Positions 15,562 to 26,869 of a stretch of 64,000 bases of DNA are shown here, one piece after another. The notes under the pieces were generated by a model, which worked only from the letters and a program-made list of their open reading frames with translations, ran no database searches and had not been told where the DNA came from. The stretch spans positions 248,001-312,000 of the forward strand of contig NW_019029001.1 of the NCBI RefSeq assembly GCF_002105155.1, written 5' to 3'. Positions within the stretch are counted from its first letter, which is position 1. Each line of letters starts with the position of its first letter. The DNA comes from Lobosporangium transversale. Taxonomy: Eukaryota. Position numbers and translations under genes: made by a program.

Positions 15562-18345
15562 ATGGGTATAAAAGCCCTCTATTCACACCTTTCAAGAAGA
15601 GGTTGCCACCAAGAGGGGTTAATGTACATGAGCTTGCTGCTAAACCTGATTCATCTTTTAAGCTAGATCTGCTTGGCACTTTCCACAGCGATATACACAA
15701 TCTCATCCTAAGAAAATTCAACCGGCAGAGCTCTTTCACTGCCTATGGCCATGCTATGATTAATACCAATCTAAAGGTCTTTGGCCCACTTGCCACAGTG
15801 ACGGTACACATTGATGGGCCCCGCTGCAATGAAAAAGCCCGCGCTTATAAAGACCGAGATGCTAAGCGTACAACAACTGGTGCAAAGCTCGATACACTCA
15901 TAGCCAACATAGAAATTAAGCCCACTGAAGGGAAATGGGAATCTTGGAGCCATATGATTCCCATTAAAAAGAATCTTCGACAGCTCTTCACATTCAGTCA
16001 TAACGAGAAGAGGGGACTCGCAGCACCATTTGACCGATACAATAACTTCTTAATCTGCCATTGCGGCAATGAAGCTGATGTATGCTTTGCCGTCAAATGT
16101 ACGCCAACCAGTATCGCTGTATCTGGGGGCTCTGGTCTTTTTACCTATTGTTCTATACAAAGAGTTCTTCGTCTAATCTCTCATCGCCATCACATTTATG
16201 TGCATGAGAAGCAAGATGTCCTGGAAACCCTTGGATTTTCAAGTGACATTCCACTCCTGGTCTATGACATTGTATCCGATCACGATTACATCCCAAATAT
16301 CTCAACTGTTGGTCTTGCTACAAACATGAAGGCTCTTTCAGTAGTCATTGACACTGATGCCGAAAAGTTGGCGGCATTGTATGTTTGTGAGGTCCAGGCC
16401 AATAGCGCTCGAACTCCTTTAAAGGGCCAATTTGACAATTTAATCAGTGTTTTTTTTTTTTTTTTTCGCTAAGATTCAAACCCAAGCTTTGCAACAACCA
16501 ACCGCTAAAGGTTCCCTTATTACCATGACAGAATAGCCGCGGTATCCGCTAGGTACCAAAACAAAAATAATTAATCTCAACCCAGATAAGCTCCTTCGAA
16601 TGAACATTTTTCAAAGCGTATACAAAGAAACAAAAAACGAAGTTATCTAACCCTTGACATTGCTGTTTCGTAATTAGGCTCTTTATACCTAAATGCGCAA
16701 AGCCGGATCGCTATCGACCCGTTTTCCCTACTGTGAAACGGAACTCTCTCCTAAGAAATATGATCTGACTAACTGTAAACAACACGACCGTCTCGTCAGC
16801 CCCGATCATCAAAGAAAGCCCAGGAAAAAGGGAAGAGGATGAGGATGAAGATGAGAAGGGGGAGGGAGATAAGGAGGAAAGGAAGAAGAAAAAGAAGAAT
16901 AAAGGGAAAGCCAAGTACATCAGAAAGACTGATAAATCTAGGAAGGTGGAGGCTTGACTACTGCCAAGGATCGACGGTTGAAGAGAGCCCACCCCACTAC
17001 TGCATTAACTCTGGGTACGCTTAAGACGTGTATAGTTGCCAAGCTGAACTCCAACTCCGATCCCAATCTCAATCCCGAGTAACTTGCTGCTATAATCCAA
17101 GGGCTTATTTAATCCTTTATCAAAATGCTGAATGAGTTACGAATTCGAGCTTTCTGGGCCTGTGCCTTGTGATTGATAATCTGGTTACCATCCACAAGCT
17201 GCTCAACCTTCGAATACTCAAACATCTTAAGCAGCCTAGACTTCTTCGAGTGCTCAGCGGGGTCCCCCATCCTCAAGTCATGGCGCAGGCGATGGCGATG
17301 GCGGTGGTGATGGAGATTATGACGGGGATAAGGATGATGGTATCTCACTGGGTGTCAACGGTATTGACATTCTTAGATGGCGACGGAGAAGAAGCAGCTG
17401 AAGAAGATATATCGAGTATAAATCCGCTGTCTTCAGTGAACTCCAGCCCTCGGCGAGAGATCAGCTGGAAGTCATCTTCTCGACAATGTAGAGGTTAGAT
17501 ATGATACTCATGCACCATGCCCTCCCCTGGAAACACCATTATTATTGGATCCAGGCGAGAGGCGCTCGGTGATAATTGTAAAGTTGGATCCAAAAAAAAC
17601 CCCCTCCAATGAGCATGAGATCCTCCGGATTCTAGAGCGTATCTACAAATCATCCAAGAGGTTCCGGAGTGAGTTAGATAGGCGGGAGCTTGGAAGAGGG
17701 ATTACAGTAATTTAAAGCAACATTCCGTCATTCTCAAGACCCACTCTACCACAGTATTTCACTTATACGAGCTCACCGCCAAAATAAGCTCCATCAAGTA
17801 CTGGAGATAGCTTCGCTGGTAGTGGAGTTGGAGCCAATGACAACAATAGAGAGGCTATATATAGAGTGTTAGTCAATTTCTATAATGATGGATGGTTTGT
17901 TCGAAATATCTGGACAGTAGAAAAGCACTGAATGGATGCGTTAATTATGTAGTCAAGGCAATTCTGAAGCTTGCAGGCGGAAGTAATGGAAGAAGAAGAG
18001 GCACCAATACGAATGTGGTGATCTGTATTGGGCTTGGATCATTCAAGGCAAATCGAGAGCAAGCATCGAAGCATGAGATATTGACGAAGAAGCTTGTTGG
18101 AAAGGTTGAAAAAAATAAAAAATAAAAATCATGATCAATGGACATTTAATTTTTGGGTCTTTAAAATGGAGTATTAAGTATCCACGACCTCACTGCGAAT
18201 ACTTTGATCAGAAGTATGCTTTACAATTTCGACAGTACTTGAATCGGGGTGCTGTTGGTACTGAAAATATTGCAAGGGTCTGTGAGTCGCAGATAATACA
18301 GCAAAAATGACCTGCAAAATATATGCCGTAGAGACATCAAGCCGG
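15562..18345 (+). pseudogene. XPG/FEN1-Fanzor fusion pseudogene (copy B)
   Basis: Colinear homolog of 22544-26485 (ATG GGT ATA AAA at 15562; IDGPRCNEK, NEADVC, VICIGLGSFK, ENIARVCESQI). Multiple frameshifts and stops, a mutated first donor site and large internal deletions. Confidence 0.85.
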
Positions 18346-18360
18346 CAGTAACAATTTGGT

Positions 18361-18535
18361 CTACTACCAAATATTACTAGGTCCTGAAAGGCCTTCGTCT
18401 TAAAAAAATTGTAAGTATTGATTTGACAATATTTTTTAGTTAATTTATTTACTTCTATGCACTAATGTATTCCTTGCTCTTTTTACAATATCCTTGATCT
18501 AGATGGGCTGTCCCGATTTTTAATGGGACAAACTA
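18361..18535 (+). ncRNA. Candidate omegaRNA scaffold, copy B, with 92-nt intron (18411-18502)
   Basis: Immediately 3' of the Fanzor ORF remnant; AGGTC-ctgaaa-GGCCT hairpin; GTAAGTA donor, CTAAT branch point, TAG acceptor; conservation stops at ...acta. Confidence 0.55.
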
Positions 18536-18591
18536 TACGGAAGTTATGATAATAAATAAAGAAGAACTGGTGGGCATAGCAGAATGGTATA

Positions 18592-19192
18592 CTAAACCAT
18601 TTTGGCAAACTCCTCGCGATCAACCTTGTTATCATTGTTCTTGTCAGCAGCCTTGATCATGTCATCGATATCAGAAGAAGTGGGCTTTTCTCCTTGACTG
18701 GCCAAGACCTCCTTGAGCTCTTTTGCTGAGATGGACCCATCACCATCACGATCAAAGCTCTGGAAGATGGCACTCACCTCCTGGGCGCTCTTTTGCTTTG
18801 GCTGACCCGAGACTGAGTTGGGGTTGTTGAGGCCAAGAGTCATGTAGACTTCCAAGAACTCATTAAAATTGATTTTGCCGTCTTTGTTATTGTCGCCGCG
18901 AGAGAAGAACCTTTGAATATCGTACTCCTCAGGATCACGGTTCAAGTTCTTGAGAGACTCAATGAACTCTTTCTCGGTGATGAAGCCATCGCCATCCTTA
19001 TCGATGGCATTGAATTGCTGTTTGATAAGGACAGTCTCTGATTCGGAATATTTATTGTTGGACTAGATATTAACAAGCCAATCAATGAGGGAATATGTAA
19101 ACTTGTTAATGGACGTTTTGGACTATTCTTTCATGCTATTGACGATAGAGAGAGAGAGGGAGAAGAGAGAATGAAAATGAAATACTTGCCAT
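18592..19192 (-). CDS. Calmodulin-like protein with four EF-hands; ATG-only first exon, then GC-AG intron (19189-19063)
   Basis: EF loops DKDGDGFITEKE, DNNKDGKINFNE, DRDGDGSISAKE, DKNNDNKVDREE. ATG|GCAAGT..TAG|TCC joins in frame. Confidence 0.9.
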
Positions 19193-21294
19193 GATGTTTT
19201 GGTTTGTAAAACGTAGTGATGAGTAAATGAGGTTGAATTAAGGAAAGAAGAGAAGAGATGGGTATTTATTCTTGTCATGCAGTCGTAATCAACTTTGACA
19301 GCAAACCAAAAGTCCTCTTGTGTTGTTTTAAGTTCAGACGTTTCGTTGGGTCAGCAATTATACATGTATCGATCTAGTGACTGATTTTGTCATGTCTTGT
19401 CTTGTGTAGCACTAAATTTTTGATTACCTGAGCCTTTTTTTTTATAAACATGCAAACAACATGCAATACATGGATCTTTAACATGTTGTGCCTTTCAAGT
19501 CAGCTCAGTACTTTCGGTACAGAACTCTAGTTTGAATATGATGGCTTCGCTCACATAGATATGGATAGAAATACGCCATCGCAACGAAGCGAATACGCCA
19601 ATACATGGATCTCTTACATGGACAAATACACACTCTTCTTTTCTTTTCTTTCTTTCTCTCATCTTCTTTGGAGCATTACTACTATAAAGATCGTTGGAGC
19701 TACCTGTGCCTATAAAAAAGTTTATTTGAAGAGGCCACGTGCATACAAAGGAAGAAAAGAGGGTGTTAGGGACGGTAAGGCTAAGATAAACAAGATAAAC
19801 CATGATGTCTCTCTCATACATCACTGTGGCGATATGATCGTGTGGACAGGACACGGTGACAAACGCCATACCTTAATATACCCATAAATATGGCAAAGAA
19901 AGGTATAATTAAATTGACAGTCGAGTGTTTGCTCCTAAAGAACAGCTCGAAGGGATGAACAAAGGCTAGTCATAGACTATGGGTAGCTTGCAAGGATGGT
20001 AAAAGGAGAGGGTTGATATCCTGAGTACACAGCTATGACAAAACTTATGAAGAGCTTATTATCAAACGGGAGGAATAGGCTCATGGAGCTTGGCTTGGAT
20101 TGACCTGGCTTCACTTGAGCAAAAAAAATCCTAGTGATCATGCGGACGAAAATGCCCAATAACTTACTTTCAGATCCTGCTTTTAATTTACATCTTTCCT
20201 TCATTGTTGCCTATGACTTGGGCAGTGAGGACCTTATGAAATAGGAATGTTGCTGCATTAGCAGCCATTTATATGGATCTTCATTATTGTTTCCTGTCCT
20301 TTTTTTTAAAGAAGATCCTTAATCTTATTAAACACACATCTTCCTTTCGTTCTCGTTACTTATTATGATATTTCAAACATCCTCAACGGAATATGAGGTA
20401 AGAGCCTTATCCCTAGAAATCCCATGTACGAGCATGTCTTGGTGCTTGTGAACGGCTTCTTCCTTGCTATACCTTTTCCCTGTTGCCAACACTTGTGGCG
20501 CTCACGTCACATGACTTTTCTAGCTTGTCGCACGCCACTTAAAGGGTTGAATCACGTATGTTTCTCACTGACCATTTTGACCATTTCAAACATACAGACT
20601 CTAACACCTTACACTTGACTTGTCTACATCTTATCTCTTATCCCAATAGATTAATAGATTATGAATACTCTGATCATTCTCAGTATGATAAGGGAGTTGA
20701 CTCTAGCAAGAATAGTTCCAAACATGGATGTCCTAGAGCTCATGTGGATACTTGATATACTCTTCTTATTATGGTGCTCGTTACAACACCATCATAATGT
20801 CGTCGTTGCCGAAAGAGGCAAGCGTTTGCACACCGCAGTCTCTTGAAGGAAACCCCTACTCATCATACAGTAAGGGTATCTTAGGCCCGCTGACCGTAAA
20901 CTCCAAGGTGCTTATCGCTATCACCGCTCTACTAATTAGCGCACAATTTTTCTGAAGGCCCCTCCTTAGTTCAATTGGCTACCACTCATTACCATAGTAT
21001 ACGCGACATAACCAAGGGGTTAGAGTCAACAAAGTAGTTTTCAAGTGTATCAGAAGTTCCGGAGTAAGCAGGCAATACATATATGAAATATATTGACTAT
21101 TCCGGATTATAAAAGTAGAGCAAAGTAGCGGATAGTCTCTACCACTAATATTTATAAGCTGTTCTATCGCTTGACCCACGGTTGGAAGGACGATTCTAGG
21201 ACAAATATGCCTGTGGCTTGACACATATTACAAATGATAACTCTGGGAAGCAAATAAGTTCATACACAAGCTCATTCTTTCACATTCTGCAGAA

Positions 21295-22295
21295 ATGTCT
21301 GCTCCATCAGCGTCCACATCTTCCTCTGCAGATCCGAGGCGATCTGATCACATTGTCGAATACAAACCTGAGGTTAAGCGTATTGAAGATGACGATCCAG
21401 ATGTACACGGATTCGTTGCTCTTTGTGCTGGTATGTGTCAATGAACACAAATATCTTTTCGAGTGCTGCTAACAAGTCGACAAGCTCATAAGTCCTCTCT
21501 TTTCTCTCTTTTATTTTAGCTGTCATTGGCTTGATGATTAGGGCAAGTATTAAGTACTGAATTAAATTGTTTATCCAAAGTTTTAGTCAATTATGAATCG
21601 CTAGGACAATCAACCATATATCGCAGCAAGAGCGCGATAGCGACATGACTATTTGCTGATGAAGAACGAAAGAGCGTATAAATCCTTAAAGGAAACACCA
21701 TTAAAACTTAGCTCCATCCGATGTTATCTAGCACTCCATTTGATCATGCACCATATCATTTCGATCCGTCTTCGAGTATAGTATCTCAGATGTGTGACAG
21801 TTCACAGCATATCACGATACAATGAAAGCTAACAATTCTTGATGTCATCTGCAATCATAAAGATCAAATATTACTCCAAAAGAAAGTACCATCGTTAGCT
21901 TTTCAGGAATATAAGAAAATGACATGCAGTTAATTAATATATATACTGTAATAACATTTTTATGCATCAACTAGAACCGAACCTGTCTTTGGTTAGGGAT
22001 GATATTCTCAGTTGAATCATACCTCAATCAACGCGCAAGTGAAGGTGGACTCATGGGTTCACCAACTGCAACCATCTTGTAAGTTTTTTTTATTAAAAAA
22101 AAAAAAAAAAAAAAAAAAAGTATAAGCAAGTTTATCAGAAAAAGAAAGAGTCTTTGACCTCATCTAATAAAAAAATGCATATCAATATATATAAAAAAAT
22201 CCCTCGTGTTTTCATCTTGTAGGTTTTCAGTCTCTTCACTCGTGATGAACTACATGCCAGAAATCCTTGCTGCATACTCTGGCGTGAAAACCTGA
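21295..22295 (+). CDS. WDR83OS: Asterix / WDR83OS (PAT complex subunit, UPF0139), 111 aa; exons 21295-21430, 21520-21542, 21975-22078, 22223-22295
   Basis: Spliced by hand: MSAPSASTSSSADPRRSDHIVEYKP..GLMIRNRTCLWLGMIFSVESYLNQR..FSVSSLVMNYMP, matching the family pattern DPRRxxxxxxYKP..GLM..W..N..VMxY. Exon phases are consistent. Missed by the ORF track. Confidence 0.85.
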
Positions 22296-22373
22296 AGGAA
22301 TGATACCAAAAAATTGTTTTTGGCAAAATTGACTGCAAATAAATATTAATAGCTGTTGACTGAACTACCAATA

Positions 22374-22535
22374 TAGTCCGTCCCATTAAAAAACGACATT
22401 CCATCTATTGTAAAAAGAAGAAATGTATTAGAACACAGAAATAAATAAATAAATAAGAAAAAAAGTACTATCAAGCCAATACTTACAATTTTTTTAAGAC
22501 GAAGGCCTTTCTGGACCTAGTCATGTTTGTAGTAG
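22374..22535 (-). ncRNA. Candidate omegaRNA scaffold, copy C, with 82-nt intron (22486-22405)
   Basis: Starts about 9 nt after the stop codon. Spliced form ctactacaaacatgactaggtccagaaaggccttcgtcttaaaaaaatt-atggaatgtcgttttttaatgggacggacta folds as AGGTC/GGCCT and TCGTCTT-AAAAAA / TTTTTT-GGGACGG stems. Confidence 0.6.
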
Positions 22536-22543
22536 ATTGTGTC

Positions 22544-25500
22544 CTACTGTTGTTGCCGGCTTGTCTCTCCGCCTCCTCCTGGACCCAGCAAAGGTCCTTT
22601 CGGTGGTCTTGATCCCTCTACTCCTCCTCCTCCTCCTTCATCTGAAAATTTCCTTTTTGTGGATCTGCTACTACCACCACCACTGCCACCACTACCTCCA
22701 CCGCCGCCACTACCGCTAGAAGCTTGGCCTTGAGTTCCTCCGTCCGGCGGCATATATTTTGAGGTCGTTTTTGCTCTCTTATCTGCGACTCACAGACCCT
22801 TGCGATGTTCTCAGCACCAACAGCATCTCGATCAAAGTATGCTTTACAATTTCGACAGTACTTGGATCGAAAAGGAACATTCTCCAATATACTGTCACAG
22901 TGAGGCCGTGGACACTTGGCAGATGTGTAGTATTCATGACAACCTGCAATGGGGTAGTCTAGAGATTTTGCCTGTTCGAGCCAGATTTAATACTCGTTAA
23001 AAAAGAGACTCAAAAATTGAATGTCATTGATCAAGGGATTTTTTTTTTACCTTTTCAACAAGCTTCTTCATCAATATCCCATGCTTCGATACTTGTCCTC
23101 GGTTTGTCTTGAATGATCCTAGTCCAATACAGATCACCGCATTCGTATTGGCATCTCTTCTTCTTCCATGGCTTCCGCCCGCAAGCTTCAGAATTGCCTT
23201 AATCACACAATCAACGCATCCGTTCTGTGCTTTTCTAATATCCCAGCTATTCCGAACAAACCACCCGTCATTATAGAATTCGACAAGCGCCCTATATTTA
23301 GTCTCCCTATTGTCGTCACTGGTCCCAGATCCACTGCTACTACTGGCCTCAACTCCACTGCTACTACCGGTCCCTGCTCCACTGCTACTACTGGTCCCAA
23401 CCCCACTACCAGAGAAACTACCTCCAGTACTTGATGGAGCTTGATTTAGCGGCAAGCTCATATAAGCGAAATACTGTGTTAAAGTAGGCCTTGAGAATGA
23501 CGGAATATTGCTTTCAAATCTCTGTAATTCCTCTTCTAAGCTTTCGCCTCTCTAGCTCGCCCTGAAACTTCTTGGATGGTTGTAAAGATACGCTCTAGAA
23601 ATCCGGAGGATCTCACGTTCGTTAGGTTTCCTTGGATCCAACTTTGCAATTGTCATCGAGTACCTCTCGCCTGGATCGATCCCAATGATAATGGTGCTTT
23701 CGGGGGGAGGGCATGCTGCCTGGGTGTCATATTTAACTTCTACATTCTCGAGGAGACGGGATCTCTGCTTCCAGTTGATCTCACGCCAAGGACTGGGACT
23801 CACCGGGGACAGTAGATTTGTGCTTGATGTACCTTCTTCGACTGCTTCTTCTCCCTCGTCGCCATCTAAGAATGGTTCATCAACTTCCAGCAAGTCAATA
23901 TCGCTGATACCCAGCAAGATATCGTCATCTTCATTTCCGTCGTCGTCTCCGTCATCACCACCATCACTTGCACCATGGCCTGAAGACGAGGTTCCCTGCT
24001 GAGCACTTGAAGAAGCCTGGACTGCTTGAGATCTTTGAGTATCCGAAGGTTGGGCAGCTTGCGAACCTCTACCTCTTTTTTGCTTCGATGTGTCATAGGC
24101 AAGAAGTGTTAGGGTAAGGCCGTTTGTAAAGAACGATGTCCGTAGTTTCCTTCTAGGGCCATCATCAGATTGCAGTCCAACGTCCTTGTATCCTTTCAAG
24201 GAAAACAGCTCCTGCAACAATATCCCCTTGTGGTTAAGGATCTTGTCCTCTGCAGCCCCCTTGGTACTCATGTTTAGTTCCAACAATTGGACTATTTCCT
24301 CTCGAACTGTTGGGTTAGACCGTAATATATCCAGGAGGCAGGCTTCCGTTAGGCAGAGAGACCGAGGCGAGAAAGCAGACGTAGGGAAATCCAGATATTT
24401 TTTGGCAGTTGCATTTTGCTCAAAAAAGAATTGGATGGAACTTCTTCCATCGCCTGGAATATCTATGTCAAACTAGACATTATATTGAAGAAATGATTAG
24501 GAACATTTCTATAAACATATTATAAGATTATATTTACCTGCACATTCCGATAGTGAGACCTTAGCGCTGCTTGAACAGGGACCATGACCATCCGAGACGA
24601 CTTGCTGATCACCAAATCGGGATAGATCTGGTTTAAAGGACCAAGCCCTGTCTTTGCATAGAAGTTTTCGTATGCTTTGAGCTGGGACGGCTTGGCTACG
24701 TTCCCTTCGCCTTTTTTCTTCACTTCTCTGCTATACCTAGATAATGGACTCATCACTCCGTGATACAACAACGCAGCAAGGCCGTAAATAAAGTCCCTGC
24801 TATCAAGAACTTCATCTAGGAGTTGTGGGAGATCAGCTGGATTGGATGGCCCAGTGGTAAGCAGGTTATCGACCCACAAGGCGCAGGCCCAGAAAGCTCA
24901 AATCCGTGCCTCATTCAACATTTTAATAAATGATTGAATGAGCCCTTGAATTGTTGCAGCAAGTTGCTCGGGATTGAGATTGGGATCGGAAGTAGAGTCC
25001 AGCTTGGCAACTACACATGTCTTTAACGTGCCCAGAGTTAATGCAACAGTGGGGTGAGCCCTCTTCAACCGTCGGTCCTCGGCAGTAGCCTCCTTCACTT
25101 TCCTGGTCTTATCAGTCTTTCTGATATACTTGACCTTCCCTTTGTTCTTCTTTTTTTTCTTCTTTTCCTCCTTAACCTCCTCTTCTTTGTCATCCTCTTT
25201 TTTTTCCTTTTCCTTTTTTTTGGGGGACTTTCTTTGATGGCTGGAGCTGACGGGACGGTCGTGTTGTTTGCAGTTGGTCAGGTCATATTTCTTAGGGGAA
25301 AGTTCCTTTTTCTGGGTAGGGAAAACAGGCCGATAGCGATTCGGCTTTGCGCGTTTAGGGATATAGAATCTAATTAGGCACAACAATGTCAAGGGTTAGA
25401 TGACTTTTTTTTTTTTTTTTTTTTTGTATATGCTTTGGAAAATGTTCATTTGAAGGAGCTTACCTGGGTTGAGGTTGATTATTTTTATTCTGGTACCTAG

Positions 25501-26485
25501 CAGATATCGCAGTCCTCATTCTATCATGGTAATGAAGGAATCTTTCAGCGGTTGGTTGCTGTGAAGCCTGGGTTTGGATCCTACCAAAGAAAACATTAAT
25601 TGAATGGTCAAACTGGCCTTCTGCAGGAGTTCGACGGCTACGGGCATGGACCTCACGAACATATGATACCGTCAACTTTACGGCATCAGTGTCAGTGAGC
25701 GCAGAGATAATCTCAGCATTTGTAGCAAGACCAAAGGTTGGGATATTTGGGGTGTAATCGTTATCGGATATAACGCCATAGACCAGGAGTTGACTGTCCC
25801 TTGAAAACCCAAGGGCTTGCAGGACCTCTTGTTTCTCATAGAGTGCAAACATGTGATGGCGACGAGGGATTGGACGAAGAACTCTTTTTATAGAAGGATA
25901 GATGAGAAGGTCAGAGTCCCCAGACACAGCGATACTGGTTGGTGTACATTTGGCGACAATACACACATCAGCTTCATTTCTACAATGGCAAATCACAAAG
26001 CTATTGTATCGACCGAATGGGGCCGCGAGCTCCCTCTTCTCGTTATGACTGAATGTGAAGAGCTGTCGAAGATTCTTTTTAATGGCAATCATATGGCTTC
26101 GAGATTCCCATTTGCCTTCATTGGACTTGGTTTCCATGTTGGCTATGAGCGTATCGAGTTTTGTATCCGCTGCTGTACGCTTAGCATCTCGGTCCCTATA
26201 GGCGCGCGTTTTTTCTTCGCAGCGAGGCCCATCAATGTGTATCGTCACTGTGGCAAGAGGACCAAAGATCTTTCGAATGATACTAGCCATAGCATGGCCG
26301 CAGGCAGTGAAAGAACTCTGCCGGCTGAATCTCCTTAGGATGATATTATGTATATCGCTGTGGAAAGTGCCAAGCAGATCCATCTCAAAAGATGAATGGG
26401 GTTCAGCAGCAAGCTCATGTACATCAATCTCCTTTGGTGGCAGGTCTCTCCTTGAAAGGTATGAATAGAGTCCTTTAATACCCAT
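22544..26485 (-). pseudogene. XPG/FEN1-type nuclease - Fanzor (TnpB-like RuvC/ZnF) fusion, about 1230 aa, 4 exons (26485-25464, 25369-24538, 24472-23051, 22971-22544); one premature stop and three 1-bp frameshifts as sequenced
   Basis: N-terminal motifs MGIKGL, MDLLG, IDG..K..R, EADV, GDSDLL, NDYTPNIPTFG. C-terminal motifs IGIDPG, CIGLGSF, HEYYTS, CPRPHC..CRNC, DRDAVGAENI. All three introns are GT-AG with matching phase. TGA at 24898 is CGA in copy B; indels near 23578, 23517 and 22760. Confidence 0.85.
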
Positions 26486-26869
26486 CTAGAGAAAGTATAG
26501 TGTAAAACAGTGCAAGCAATGTTGGTTTAAACGGCTAAAGATTGAAGCTGAAGTTGTTAGAGTAGAGATAGTTTACCTTTAAGAAAGCAAAAAGTTATGA
26601 TCTGTGAGGGGATGAGGATGTAAGAGTACGGGTGAGAGCGCGAAAGCAATGTCGTTGTAAAATGAGAGAGAGAGAGAGGGAAAAGAGAGGGAGGCAGGAC
26701 GTATTTATAGGTGTATGAAAGAGAACGAAACAAAAGGCTGATGAATATGGAACAACTCGCATTTAAACTAAAAAACAAGATTCTCAGCGACAAGTTTTAA
26801 CTTTTTGGATTTTGAGTATTGTTTACAGCTCTTCTCCAATCATCTACATTTACCAAATCAAGCCTTCGC

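Larger units (their letters stand above)
13981..18535. mobile_element. Element 1: XPG-Fanzor element (decayed) bounded by inverted omegaRNA-like ends
   Basis: 13990-14187 and 18330-18527 are about 198 bp inverted repeats with one mismatch that I could see. TA lies outside both ends (13979-80, 18536-37). Contains an XPG-Fanzor pseudogene (+) and a Fanzor remnant (-). Confidence 0.7.

Noticed and set aside
25460..26485. Stand-alone 341-aa XPG/FEN1 gene
   Set aside because: The stop lies inside a GTAAG donor, and splicing continues in frame into the Fanzor-containing exons.
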